Assembly: GCA_027457185.1 (NCBI GenBank) | Contig: DAIDTN010000136.1 | Span: forward strand, 1-35,188 | Direction of reading: 5' to 3' | Length of the DNA stretch: 35,188 bases | DNA from: Burkholderiales bacterium | GTDB taxonomy: Bacteria; Pseudomonadota; Gammaproteobacteria; Burkholderiales; SG8-39 | In this document: positions 26,063-35,188 of the stretch, piece by piece | Position numbering within the stretch: the first letter of the stretch is position 1 | How the letters are laid out: every line of letters begins with the position of its first letter | Made by a program: the position numbers and the translations under genes | Notes under the pieces: generated by a model | What the model was told of the DNA's origin: nothing | Database searches by the model: none | What the model saw: only the letters and a program-made list of their open reading frames with translations

Positions 26063-28621
26063 ATGCTATCGGGCACTAGATTCAATCTCGAGGTCAATCC
26101 GAAAATTCCGCAGAGGCTGGCGCGCCTGGAGGAGCTGGCCAACAATCTTTGGTACAGCTGGGACATCATGCCCACGCGGGCGCTGTTTTCGCGCCTGGAT
26201 CCGGTCTTGTGGAACACGGTGGGACACAGCCCCAAGGCCCTGCTCAAGCGTATCGATCAGCGGTGCCTGACCGACGCGGCCGAAGACAAGCTGTTTATCG
26301 ACAACTACAATCGCGTGCTTTCGGCATACGACAGCTATCATGGCGAGCAGACGCGCCGCGACGCCGCGGAGGCGCCGCTCGCGCAAACCGAGCTGGTTGC
26401 CTATTTCTGCGCAGAGTTCGGATTCCACGAAAGCCTGCCGATCTATTCGGGCGGCCTCGGCATACTTGCCGGCGATCACTGCAAGACCGCGAGCGACATG
26501 CGCCTGCCTTTCGTCGGCGTCGGGCTGCTCTACCGGCAGGGATATTTCTCCCAGACCATCGACAGCCACGGCAATCAAAGGGCTACCTACCTGGATTCGG
26601 ATTTCGAGGATCTGCCGATCACGCCGGTGCAGCGCGAGGACAGTTCCGAATTGAAAGTCGGCGTCGAGTTTCCCGGGCGCGAGGTGACGGCGAAAGTGTG
26701 GCGCGCGCGCGTCGGCAACGTGAACCTGTACCTGCTCGACACCGACATCGAGGAAAACACGGCGCACGACCGCAATATCGCGCACCAGCTCTACGGCGGC
26801 GATCGCACCACCCGCATTGAGCAGGAGATCGTGCTCGGCGTCGGCGGAGTGCGCGCGCTCGCCGCGCTCGGACTCAAGCCCACCGTCTGGCACATCAATG
26901 AAGGGCATGCGGCGTTCCTGATTCTGGAGCGCCTGCGCACCCTGGTGCACCAGGGCCTGGATTTTGCCGGTGCGCTAGAGGCAGTGGCATGCAACACGGC
27001 GTTTACCACCCACACACCAGTGCCCGCGGGACATGATCATTTCTCCGCGCAAATGTTGCTGCACTATTTTCAAGGCTATTGCGACGAGCTGGGGGTTCCC
27101 GGCGAACAGCTGCTGTCGCTCGGGATGGGGCCGGGCGCGAGCGAATTCAATATGACCACCCTGGCCGTGCGCGGCTCGCGCTTCCACAACGGAGTTTCCA
27201 AGATTCATGGCGGCGTTTCCGCGCGCATATTGGCGGACCTGTGGCCGCAGATTCCGCCGGAAGAAAATCCGATCACATCGATCACCAACGGCGTGCACGT
27301 GCCGACCTTCCTCTCGCCGGAATGGGCCGAAGCATTCGACCATTTCCTCGGTTACGGCTGGAGCCGCAGGCTGGGCGACCAGAGTTGCTGGGACCAGATC
27401 AACGAAGTGCCGGATCATGTTTTCTGGAGCACCCGCCAGCACCTGAAGTCGCAGTTGATGCACCTGGTGCGCTATCGCCTGCGCGAGCAGAACGCGCGCA
27501 ACCAGGGCAGCGAAGCGCACCTGGACCGTCTTCTGAGCCTGTGCGATCCGGACAACCCGACGGTGCTGATCATTGGCTTCGGCCGCCGCTTCGCGACCTA
27601 CAAGCGGGCGACGCTGCTGTTCGAGAATCTCGACTGGCTGCGTCAGTTGCTCGGCGATCCCTTGCGTCCGGTGCTGTTTCTGTTTGCCGGCAAGGCGCAC
27701 CCGGCCGACGTGCCCGGGCAGGACTTGATCAGGCGGGTGATGCAGGTGGCGCAGATGCCCGAGTTCGAAGGCAAGATACTGCTGATCGAAGGCTATGACC
27801 TGCGCCTCGGCCGGCGCATGGTTTCCGGCGTCGATGTCTGGCTCAACAATCCGGTGTACCCGCTCGAGGCCTCCGGCACCTCGGGTATGAAGGCGGCGAT
27901 GAATGGCGTAGTCAATCTGTCGGTGCTCGACGGCTGGTGGGGCGAAGGCTACGACGGCACCAACGGCTGGGCGATCAAACCGGCCGCTGCCGGCCTGGAC
28001 GAGGCGAGCCGGAATCGGGAGGAAGTGCGCACCTTGTACGAAATCCTGCAGGACCACGTCATTCCGCTTTACTACAAGCGCGAAAGCTGCGGCTACTCGC
28101 CCGAATGGGTGAAGCTGGCGAAGCGCTCCATCTCCAGCCTTATGCCGCGCTTCAATTCTGCGCGCATGCTGGGGGAATACGTCGCCAAATGCTATCTGCC
28201 GGCCGCGCGCCAGGGCCGGCTCTATGCCGAGAACCAGTTCGAGGTCGCGCGCTCGATTGCCGCCTGGAAGTCGCGCGTGCGCCGGGCTTGGCCGGGGGTG
28301 ACGATACGCAGGCTGGATATGCCGAAGAAGCGCATCGACTTCGGCGACAGCGTGCGCATCGAAGCAACGCTGAGTTTGAACCACTTGAATCCGGAAGACG
28401 TGGCGGTGGAACTGCTGATGAGTCGTATCGGCGCGCCGGACGAAGAAGAGACGACGAGCTACCGCTTCGTCGCGCAAGGCGCCGATGCAAGTGGCGAGCA
28501 CCATTTTGTTCTGGAGCTCGCGCCGGAGCTGTGCGGAAGGCTGGATATGCGCATCCGCGCCTATCCCTGCCATGGGTCGCTGACCCATCCGCTCGAATTA
28601 GGGCTGATGATCTGGGCTTGA
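26063..28621 (+). CDS. glgP: alpha-glucan phosphorylase (GT35, DUF3417-type N-terminus)
   Basis: 852 aa with ..LANNLWYSWD.., YFCAEFGFHESLPIYSGGLGILAGDH, TNGVH and EASGTSGMKAAMNGV (PLP-Lys region). Confidence 0.9.
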   Translation: MLSGTRFNLEVNPKIPQRLARLEELANNLWYSWDIMPTRALFSRLDPVLWNTVGHSPKALLKRIDQRCLTDAAEDKLFIDNYNRVLSAYDSYHGEQTRRDAAEAPLAQTELVAYFCAEFGFHESLPIYSGGLGILAGDHCKTASDMRLPFVGVGLLYRQGYFSQTIDSHGNQRATYLDSDFEDLPITPVQREDSSELKVGVEFPGREVTAKVWRARVGNVNLYLLDTDIEENTAHDRNIAHQLYGGDRTTRIEQEIVLGVGGVRALAALGLKPTVWHINEGHAAFLILERLRTLVHQGLDFAGALEAVACNTAFTTHTPVPAGHDHFSAQMLLHYFQGYCDELGVPGEQLLSLGMGPGASEFNMTTLAVRGSRFHNGVSKIHGGVSARILADLWPQIPPEENPITSITNGVHVPTFLSPEWAEAFDHFLGYGWSRRLGDQSCWDQINEVPDHVFWSTRQHLKSQLMHLVRYRLREQNARNQGSEAHLDRLLSLCDPDNPTVLIIGFGRRFATYKRATLLFENLDWLRQLLGDPLRPVLFLFAGKAHPADVPGQDLIRRVMQVAQMPEFEGKILLIEGYDLRLGRRMVSGVDVWLNNPVYPLEASGTSGMKAAMNGVVNLSVLDGWWGEGYDGTNGWAIKPAAAGLDEASRNREEVRTLYEILQDHVIPLYYKRESCGYSPEWVKLAKRSISSLMPRFNSARMLGEYVAKCYLPAARQGRLYAENQFEVARSIAAWKSRVRRAWPGVTIRRLDMPKKRIDFGDSVRIEATLSLNHLNPEDVAVELLMSRIGAPDEEETTSYRFVAQGADASGEHHFVLELAPELCGRLDMRIRAYPCHGSLTHPLELGLMIWA

Positions 28622-28713
28622 ATACCGGCTGGGCCGCGCTTGGCGCGTGCCCCGGCGCAGCCGCAACGCAAGGTGGAGCGATGCGCAATATTAATCCGCG
28701 GTTGAACGATGGC

Positions 28714-30207
28714 TTACCGGCCCTGAGCCAGCCCTGCGTAAATTCCGGCGTAGCGGCGCGCGCTCGCGTTCCAGCCGAAATCCCTCGCCATGCCGTTCCG
28801 CTGCAGCGCGGGCCAGGTCGCGCCTTCGCGCCAGACGCTCGCCGCGCGTGCTACCGCGGCGAGCAGCGCCGCGGCACTGGGCTCGCAAAAAACGAACCCA
28901 CTGGCGCTGCCGTCGGCGAGCGTAGCCGGATTGCAGTCGACGACTGTGTCGGCGAGTCCGCCGGTTGCGCGCACGATCGGCGGTGTGCCGTAGCGCTGGC
29001 TGTACATCTGGTTCATGCCGCAGGGCTCGAAGCGCGAGGGCATGAGGAAGGCGTCGGCGCCGGCTTCGATCAGGTGTGCAAGCGTTTCGTCAAAGCCGAT
29101 GGTCGCGCTCGCCGCGCGCGGATAGCTCTGCGCCAGCGCGGCAAAGCCGCGCTAGAGGCCGGGATCGCCGCTGCCGAGCAGCACCAGCTGTGCGGGCAGC
29201 GCCAGCAGCTGCGGTGCGATCTCGAGCAACCAATCGAGTCCTTTTTGCTCGGTGAGCCGGCTGACCACGGCAAACAGCGCCAACTCGGGCGTCGCCGCCA
29301 GACCGAGACGCCGCTGCAAGGCTTGTTTGTTGCCGGCCTTGGCGGCGAGCGTGTCGGCACTGTAGCGGCATTCGATCAAGGGATCGGTGGCCGGGTTCCA
29401 CAATCCGGTATCGATGCCGTTGAGTATGCCGTGGAGGCTGGCCTTGCGCGCGGTGAGCAATCCATGCAGGCCGAAGCCGAGGGTTTCGCTTTGGATTTCC
29501 AGCGCATAGCCCGGGCTGACGGTGCTGATCGCGTCGGCGAATTGCAGGCCGGCCTTCAGAAACGAAAGCTTGCCGTAATATTCGACACCGTCCGGTTGAA
29601 AGCTGTCGGGCGGGAGGCCGAGCGCGGCGACCACTTCCGGCCCGAATATCCCTTGAAACCCGAGATTGTGTATGGTCAGCAGCGTCGCCGCGCGCGCGCC
29701 AGAGGCGTGGTGCAGGTATGCCGGGGCGAGGCCGGTCTGCCACTAGTTGCAGTGGAGCACTTGCGGATACCATGCGAGCGGGCTGTCTGCGCTGCCAAGC
29801 AGCGCGGCGACGCGCGACAACAGGCCGAAGCGCAGTGCGTTGTCGCTCCAGTCGCTGCCGGTTTGATTCTGATAGGGTCCGCCGGGACGGTCATAGAATT
29901 CGGGGCAGTCGAGCAGGTACAGAGGTACGCCCGAGGTCGTATTTCCCTGGAGCAGTCTCGATGCCGGCAGGCCCGCGCTGGGCGCGAGGCGCGCAATCTC
30001 GCGGCACCCGGGCAACTGTGCGAGCACCACGCGGTAGCCCGGCAGCAGGATCCTGGCGTCGATGTCGAGCGCGACCAGCGCGGCGGGCAGGGCCGCACTG
30101 ACATCGCCGAGGCCGCCAGTTTTCACCAGTGGGGCGCATTCGGAGGTGGCGAACAGGACGCGCAGTGGGCTCGGGTTCGCGGCTGTAGCGGAAGTGGCGG
30201 GAGGCAT
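28714..30207 (-). pseudogene. glgA: glycogen synthase GlgA (GT5), interrupted by two in-frame TAGs (29743-29745 and 29152-29154)
   Basis: Three track ORFs (29743..30207, 29152..29634, 28714..29043) share one frame. The frame reads LRVLFATSECAPLVKTGGLGDV .. QVLHCN*WQTGLAPAYL .. TIHNLGFQG .. GILNGIDTGLWNP .. LLGSGDPGL*RGFAALAQSYP .. FLMPSRFEPCGMNQMYSQRYGTPPIVRATGGLADTV. There are no frameshifts. Confidence 0.85.
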
Positions 30208-30305
30208 GGAGGTGGATCGCGGCGCCGTCAGAAGGCATTGCTGAAGGGCGCAATATTAGCAGGGGTTCGGATTTCCGACCCAGTGCTCGCATTGCCTGGA
30301 TTGGC

Positions 30306-31292
30306 ATGATCCTCGCCGGCGACATCGGCGGAACCAAAGCGCTGCTCATGCTCGCGGCAGTGCGTCATGGCCGGCTGGCACCGCTCCTGGAGCGGCGCTA
30401 CGCTGTCGCCTCCTTTGCCGATTTTTCCGCCATGCTCACGCGCTTTGTCGATGAATGCCGCGCGCATCGTGGGCGCAAGACGCGCGTTGCCAGCGCTTGT
30501 TTCGGCGCAGCCGGGCCGGCGTCGGGCAATCGCATCCAAATGACCAACCTGCCCTGGCGTCTGGATGCCAGGGCAATCGCGGCGCAGTTCGGCATCGCCC
30601 GCGTGCTGCTGGTAAATGATTTCGCGGCCGCCGCCGCGGGAGTCGAAGCCCTGACCCCTGGCGACTGTGCGACGCTGCAGCGCGGCGAGCCCTTGCCTCA
30701 GGCAGCGCGCGTCGTGATCGGCGCGGGTACCGGCCTCGGCGTGGCGTATGCTCTGCCGCAGGCCAAGCGCTACCGCATCATCGCCGGAGAAGGCGGACAC
30801 GCCGGTTTCGCCCCCGCGGATGAGGAGCAGATGCGGCTGTGGCAGGCGCTGCACGCGCGCTTCGACCGCGTCAGCGCGGAGCACGTCGTTTCGGGACCGG
30901 GCCTGGTGCGCATCTACGAAATCCTGCGCACCGAGCTGCCCGAGGCGCCGGCATTGCGCGAGAGCGTGCGCACCGAAGGCGCAGCCGCGATCAGCCGCCA
31001 TGCCCTGGAACAAGGCGATCCGCTGGCCTGCCGGGCGCTGGACCTGTTCATCGCCTGTTACGGCGCGGCGGCAGGCGATCACGCTCTCGCCGTCACCGCG
31101 CGCGGCGGCGTCTATATCGCCGGCGGCATCGCGCGGAAAATCCTAAGCCGGCTCGCGGCCGGCGGTTTCATGGCGGCGTTTAACGCCCAGGGCGTGCATG
31201 CGCAGTTAAATCTCAGGGTTCCGGTGCAGGTGGTTACCACCGAGCGCCTCGGGCTGCTGGGTGCGGCGCTGATTGCGGCACGCGGCCAATAG
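30306..31292 (+). CDS. glk: glucokinase
   Basis: MILAGDIGGTKALL.. (ATP-binding DxGGT motif), ..NDFAAAAAGV.., GAGTGLGVA, GEGGHAGFAP and YIAGGIA are typical of Glk. Confidence 0.85.
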   Translation: MILAGDIGGTKALLMLAAVRHGRLAPLLERRYAVASFADFSAMLTRFVDECRAHRGRKTRVASACFGAAGPASGNRIQMTNLPWRLDARAIAAQFGIARVLLVNDFAAAAAGVEALTPGDCATLQRGEPLPQAARVVIGAGTGLGVAYALPQAKRYRIIAGEGGHAGFAPADEEQMRLWQALHARFDRVSAEHVVSGPGLVRIYEILRTELPEAPALRESVRTEGAAAISRHALEQGDPLACRALDLFIACYGAAAGDHALAVTARGGVYIAGGIARKILSRLAAGGFMAAFNAQGVHAQLNLRVPVQVVTTERLGLLGAALIAARGQ

Positions 31293-31406
31293 ACCCTGGA
31301 AATTTCGCGCCCCGGTCCCCAGGTGACATGATAATTGTCAATTGTCGGCCCGCCCTTGGCCGCTATGCTCTGATCGAGTGGTAACTGCACGAACAGGAGG
31401 TCGGCC

Positions 31407-31691
31407 ATGTCAAGCATACAGACACGTACACCGAGATCCAAGGCGGCGTCAAAGGCCACGCTACCGTCCAAGGCCCTGGCGCGTGCGCCGCTGGTCGCTG
31501 CAAAATCGAACAAGGGCAATGCGGAGGCCCGTCCGGGTTCGGCTCCGCCCCTTGATGCGCAGGAGCGCGACCGGCTGATTGCGCGGGCCGCATATTTCCG
31601 CGCCGAAAAGCGTGGCTTTGCCCCGGGCTGCGAGTTGCAGGACTGGATCGAGGCCGAGGCGGAAGTGCTGCGGCTGAGCGGCGGGCATTAG
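31407..31691 (+). CDS. DUF2934 domain protein
   Basis: 94 aa with a CAGGAGG Shine-Dalgarno. The N-terminal half is basic and low-complexity. The C-terminal RLIARAAYFRAEKRGFAPGCELQDWIEAEAEV is the DUF2934 signature. Confidence 0.7.
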   Translation: MSSIQTRTPRSKAASKATLPSKALARAPLVAAKSNKGNAEARPGSAPPLDAQERDRLIARAAYFRAEKRGFAPGCELQDWIEAEAEVLRLSGGH

Positions 31692-31751
31692 CGCCGCGCT
31701 GGGCGAGGCGCGGGTTCTAAGTCCGGCGCGAAAGAGTGGAGCTTAGGATCG

Positions 31752-33107
31752 ATGGGTGTCGCCGAAATAGGCATCAAGGGTCATATGAGCGGCTTCGACC
31801 AGGGCGGTGAGGCGGCCGATCGCGCCGGCAACGTAAGGCCGGAGCGAATCGAGCTTCGAAATCTTGCCCATGACACGCTCGCCATCGTTCTCGCCGGCGG
31901 CCGCGGTTCGCGACTGGCGGAACTCACCGACTGGCGCGCCAAGCCGGCGGTGCCCTTCGGCGGCAAGTTCCGCATCATCGATTTCGCCCTCTCCAATTGC
32001 GTCAATTCAGGCATCCGGCGGATCGGCGTTTGCACGCAATACAAGGCGCAGAGCCTGATCCGGCACCTGCAGCGCGGCTGGAGTTTCCTCGACGGTCGCT
32101 TCGAAGAGTTCGTCGAACTGCTGCCGGCGCAGCAGCGCGTCACCGCCGACTGGTACCGTGGCACCGCCGACGCGGTGTACCAGAACATCGACATCCTGCG
32201 CCGCCACCGCAGAAAATACGTGCTGATCCTCGCCGGGGACCATGTCTACAAAATGGACTACGCGCGCATGCTCGCCGACCATTTGGCCAGCGGCGCGGTC
32301 ATGACCGTTGCCTGCATCGAGGTGCCGCTGGCCGACGCGAGCCAGTTCGGGGTGATGAGCGTGGACGTCAATGGGCGCATCAGCGCATTCGACGAGAAGC
32401 CGGCACGGCCGGCGGCCATGCCCGGCGATCCGGACAGGGCGCTCGCGAGCATGGGCATTTACGTGTTCGACGAGGGGTTCCTGTATGAGCAGCTGATTCG
32501 CGATGCCGAAACCGGCGATTCCAGCCACGACTTCGGCAAGGACCTCATTCCCTGGATGATCAAATCCGGATTGCATGTGCATGCTCACCGCTTCCGCGAC
32601 AGCTGCGTCAACATGAGCAAGGGCGCGCCCTACTGGCGTGACGTGGGCACGCTCGACGCATACTGGCAAGCGAACATGGAATTGACGCGGGTGGTGCCCG
32701 ATCTCAATCTGTACGACGTCGACTGGCCGATCTGGACTTATCAGGAGCAGATGCCACCGGCGAAATTCGTATTCGATGACGACGGCCGGCGCGGCATGGC
32801 GGTCGATTCGCTGATATCCGGCGGCTGTATCGTCAGCGGCTCGACGGTGCGGCGCTCGGTGCTGTTTTCCAACGTGCGCGTGCAGGACTTCTGCGATATC
32901 GAGGATTGTGTGATCCTGCCGAACGTGGAAATAGGCAATAATGTGACCCTGCGGCGGGCGATAGTGGACAAACACTGCCGTCTACCCGACGGGCTGACTG
33001 CGGGCGTAAATCCGGAGGCGGACCGCAAGCGCTTTCATGTCACCGAGCGCGGGGTGACTGTGATTGTCCCGGAAAGCCTGGGCCAGCGCGTACACCATCT
33101 GCGCTAA
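31752..33107 (+). CDS. glgC: glucose-1-phosphate adenylyltransferase
   Basis: [60 protein letters not shown] and ..[16 protein letters not shown].. are canonical GlgC. An alternative start is the ATG at 31785. Confidence 0.9.
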   Translation: MGVAEIGIKGHMSGFDQGGEAADRAGNVRPERIELRNLAHDTLAIVLAGGRGSRLAELTDWRAKPAVPFGGKFRIIDFALSNCVNSGIRRIGVCTQYKAQSLIRHLQRGWSFLDGRFEEFVELLPAQQRVTADWYRGTADAVYQNIDILRRHRRKYVLILAGDHVYKMDYARMLADHLASGAVMTVACIEVPLADASQFGVMSVDVNGRISAFDEKPARPAAMPGDPDRALASMGIYVFDEGFLYEQLIRDAETGDSSHDFGKDLIPWMIKSGLHVHAHRFRDSCVNMSKGAPYWRDVGTLDAYWQANMELTRVVPDLNLYDVDWPIWTYQEQMPPAKFVFDDDGRRGMAVDSLISGGCIVSGSTVRRSVLFSNVRVQDFCDIEDCVILPNVEIGNNVTLRRAIVDKHCRLPDGLTAGVNPEADRKRFHVTERGVTVIVPESLGQRVHHLR

Positions 33108-33265
33108 AGGGATGCGCCAAGTGCGGGACGGGAACGAAGATGCTGCGCCGGTTTCCTCCGCCCCCTTGCATATTCCAGAAGCCGGAGGCGCTTGCGGGTG
33201 AAACAGCATGTGAACGTTGATCGGCGCCTGGCCGGTCCGGTCGCGTTTCAATTGGCGCCCTGCGG

Positions 33266-35002
33266 ATGAATCCCTCCCGTACCCTGGATCTGGTACTGGT
33301 GTGGCATCTGCATCAGCCTGATTACCGCGACCATGCAAGCGGCGAGTTTGTGCTGCCCTGGGTCTATCTGCACGCGATCAAGGATTACACCGACATGGCC
33401 TGGCATCTTGAGCGCCACCCGGGCATGCGTGCGGTGGTCAACTGGGTGCCGGTGCTGCTGGATCAGATCGAGGATTACGCCGACCAGTTCGAAAGCGGAA
33501 GGCTGCGCGACCCACTGCTGCGGATGCTTGCGCGCGACGCGGCGCAACCCCTGGCCCAGCACGAGCGCAGCTTGCTCGCGGAGCGCTGTCTGAGCGTGGA
33601 AAATTTGGGGATGATCCAGCATTATCCGTATTTCAAGCACCTGTTCGATCTGTTCTGGTCGTTCGAGGCGCGGGGCCAGGCGGCGCTGGCCTATCTGTCG
33701 GATCAGTTTTTCTACGATGTGCTGACTTGGTATCACCTTGCCTGGACCGGCGAGACAGTTCGGCGCGAGTCCGAACTGGTGACGCAGCTGATGGCGGTCG
33801 GCGAGCATTTCACGAAACAGCAGCGCGGCGAACTGTTTGCACTGATCGGCAAACTGGTGCGCGGCGTGGTCGACCGCTATGCGCGTTTGGCCGGCACCGG
33901 ACAGATTGAGCTCTCGACCACGCCGCACTATCATCCGCTGGCGCCGCTGATGCTCGATTTCGGTTCGGCGCACGAGGCCGAGCCGAACGCGCAACTGCCC
34001 GAGGCATCGGACTATCCTGGTGGCCGCGCGCGGGTGACGGCGCAATTGCGCTCGGCGCTCGAAAGCCATGCGCGCCGTTTCGGCGCGGTCCCGCGCGGCC
34101 TGTGGCCGGCCGAAGGTTCGATCTCCGAGGGCTTGCTGCGCGTGCTCGCCGGCAATGCCTTGGGCTGGGTGGCAAGTGGCGAGCAGGTGCTCGCCAACAG
34201 TCTGCGCGCGGCGGGGCGCGGCGCCGAATCCCGGTCGCGCTATCTGTACCGGCCATACCGGCCGGGCGCCGCGCCCGACCTGCTCCTGTTTTTCCGCGAC
34301 GACAAGCTATCGGATCGGATCGGCTTCGAATACCAGAAATGGTACGGCAGCGATGCTGCCGCCAATTTCGTCGGTGAGCTGGAACACATCGCGGCGGAAG
34401 CGCCGCAGGACGAGCGGCCTCTGGTGAGCGTGATCCTCGACGGCGAAAATGCCTGGGAGCATTACCCGTACAACGCCTATTATTTTTTAACCGCGCTGTA
34501 CAAGGCACTGGAATCGCACTCGTTCATCCATCCGACCACTTACGCCGCATTATTGCAGGCGGGTTCGAATGACGCCGTCACATCTGCCGACATACCGCCC
34601 GCCGCGACGCATCAGCTCGAGCGGCTGGTTGCCGGAAGCTGGGTGTATGGCAACTTCGCCACGTGGATAGGGTCGGTTGACAAGAACCGCGCGTGGGATC
34701 TGCTGTGCGGCGCCAAACAGAGCTTCGATCTGGTTAGCGCGAGCGGACGCCTGGATGCCGGGCGCAGGGCGGCAGCGGAGCGTCAGCTGGCCGACTGCGA
34801 AGGCTCGGACTGGTTCTGGTGGTTCGGCGACTACAACCCCGGCGCGGCGGTGGCGAGTTTCGACCGGCTGTACCGGGCGAAGCTCGCCAATTTGTATCGC
34901 TTGATCGATTTGCCGGCGCCGGCAGCGCTGGCCGAACCCATATCCCACGGCCATGGCGATCCCGAAGGCGGAGGCAGCATGCGCCGCGGGAGTGCGCCAT
35001 GA
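33266..35002 (+). CDS. glycoside hydrolase family 57 protein (alpha-glucan acting)
   Basis: HLHQPDY, STTPHYHPLAPL, GLWPAEGSIS (nucleophile-Glu region), ILDGENAWEHY (acid/base Asp region) and SDWFWWFGD are GH57 conserved regions. Confidence 0.85.
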   Translation: MNPSRTLDLVLVWHLHQPDYRDHASGEFVLPWVYLHAIKDYTDMAWHLERHPGMRAVVNWVPVLLDQIEDYADQFESGRLRDPLLRMLARDAAQPLAQHERSLLAERCLSVENLGMIQHYPYFKHLFDLFWSFEARGQAALAYLSDQFFYDVLTWYHLAWTGETVRRESELVTQLMAVGEHFTKQQRGELFALIGKLVRGVVDRYARLAGTGQIELSTTPHYHPLAPLMLDFGSAHEAEPNAQLPEASDYPGGRARVTAQLRSALESHARRFGAVPRGLWPAEGSISEGLLRVLAGNALGWVASGEQVLANSLRAAGRGAESRSRYLYRPYRPGAAPDLLLFFRDDKLSDRIGFEYQKWYGSDAAANFVGELEHIAAEAPQDERPLVSVILDGENAWEHYPYNAYYFLTALYKALESHSFIHPTTYAALLQAGSNDAVTSADIPPAATHQLERLVAGSWVYGNFATWIGSVDKNRAWDLLCGAKQSFDLVSASGRLDAGRRAAAERQLADCEGSDWFWWFGDYNPGAAVASFDRLYRAKLANLYRLIDLPAPAALAEPISHGHGDPEGGGSMRRGSAP

Positions 35003-35188
35003 GCAGGGAGCAGGGGACCCATCGGGAGATGGGGATACGACCGGCCGCGATTGCCGCCGGACGCCGAAAGTGCATACGCGGGAATCGCGATGACGGAATG
35101 GAGGCGGCGCGCCGGGCGATGCGGCCTAAGAGGCCATTTCGGCATTGCCGAAATATCCCTTGAACCAGCGCGCGTCCCGCCGCGCGAC

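Noticed and set aside
28683-30258. The 11-mer GCGCAATATTA occurs on both sides of glgA (28683-28693 and 30248-30258).
   Set aside because: Exact 11-mers are expected to recur by chance many times in 35 kb over both strands. There is no extended similarity around them, and one copy lies in a convergent (terminator-side) spacer.
5947-31691. Idea that TAG is reassigned to a sense codon in this organism.
   Set aside because: Eight genes terminate sensibly at TAG (5947, 18779, 19658, 21695, 23811, 25971, 31292, 31691). Read-through of the ABC exporter's terminal TAG would add about 270 codons across the pbpG start. Only partial or context-dependent suppression remains conceivable.
35090-35188. 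Open frame at the right edge (MTEWRRRAGRCGLRGHFGIAEISLEPARVPPRD..), possibly the start of the next glucan gene such as malQ.
   Set aside because: Only 33 codons are visible, with no clear Shine-Dalgarno and only a vague resemblance to any N-terminus I know. That is too little to call.
1-35188. Search for tRNA, rRNA, CRISPR repeats, IS or transposase genes, integrases, and phage or defence-system genes.
   Set aside because: I found none of the following: a T-loop-like GGTTCGAATCC context outside coding sequence, regularly spaced direct repeats, DDE or tyrosine-recombinase-like ORFs, or nuclease/helicase/defence-type architectures. By content the window looks like core chromosome.

Overview
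High-GC (about 60-70% by eye) proteobacterial chromosomal segment with about 30 genes. I found no rRNA, tRNA, CRISPR array or IS/transposase.

Gene order, left to right:
- A 5'-partial cyclic beta-1,2-glucan synthase, a DUF883 stress protein and an AsmA-family protein.
- A 4-gene MCE/Mla-like ABC operon: STAS-fused permease, ATPase, MlaD-like protein and DUF330 lipoprotein.
- Small membrane or stress proteins: DUF3096 and DUF1840.
- A translationally coupled kaiC-kaiB-(PASx5-GAF-GGDEF*-EAL) operon.
- A CxxC membrane protein with an AI-2E transporter, an OsmB-like lipoprotein, MlaC and a Crp/Fnr regulator.
- An lmo0937-family peptide, an exported hypothetical, an Atm1-type ABC exporter, PbpG and an EgtD-like methyltransferase.
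- A glycogen cluster: glgP, glgA, glk, DUF2934, glgC and GH57.

Main second-look items:
1. Four in-frame TAG codons sit in three otherwise intact conserved genes (kaiC, the ABC exporter, and glgA twice). All four create CTAG. They fall at positions that are mostly acidic (Glu/Asp) in the homologues I remember.
2. The KaiC2-like/KaiB pair is start/stop-coupled to a c-di-GMP phosphodiesterase-type protein.
3. An 8-copy intergenic palindromic element has a CRP/FNR-like TGTGC-N6-GCACA core. It is confined to the left 21 kb and one copy lies next to the Crp/Fnr gene.
4. A sharply AT-rich PAS module lies inside the sensor gene.

All family assignments come from my reading of the translations and from motif memory. 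No database search was run.
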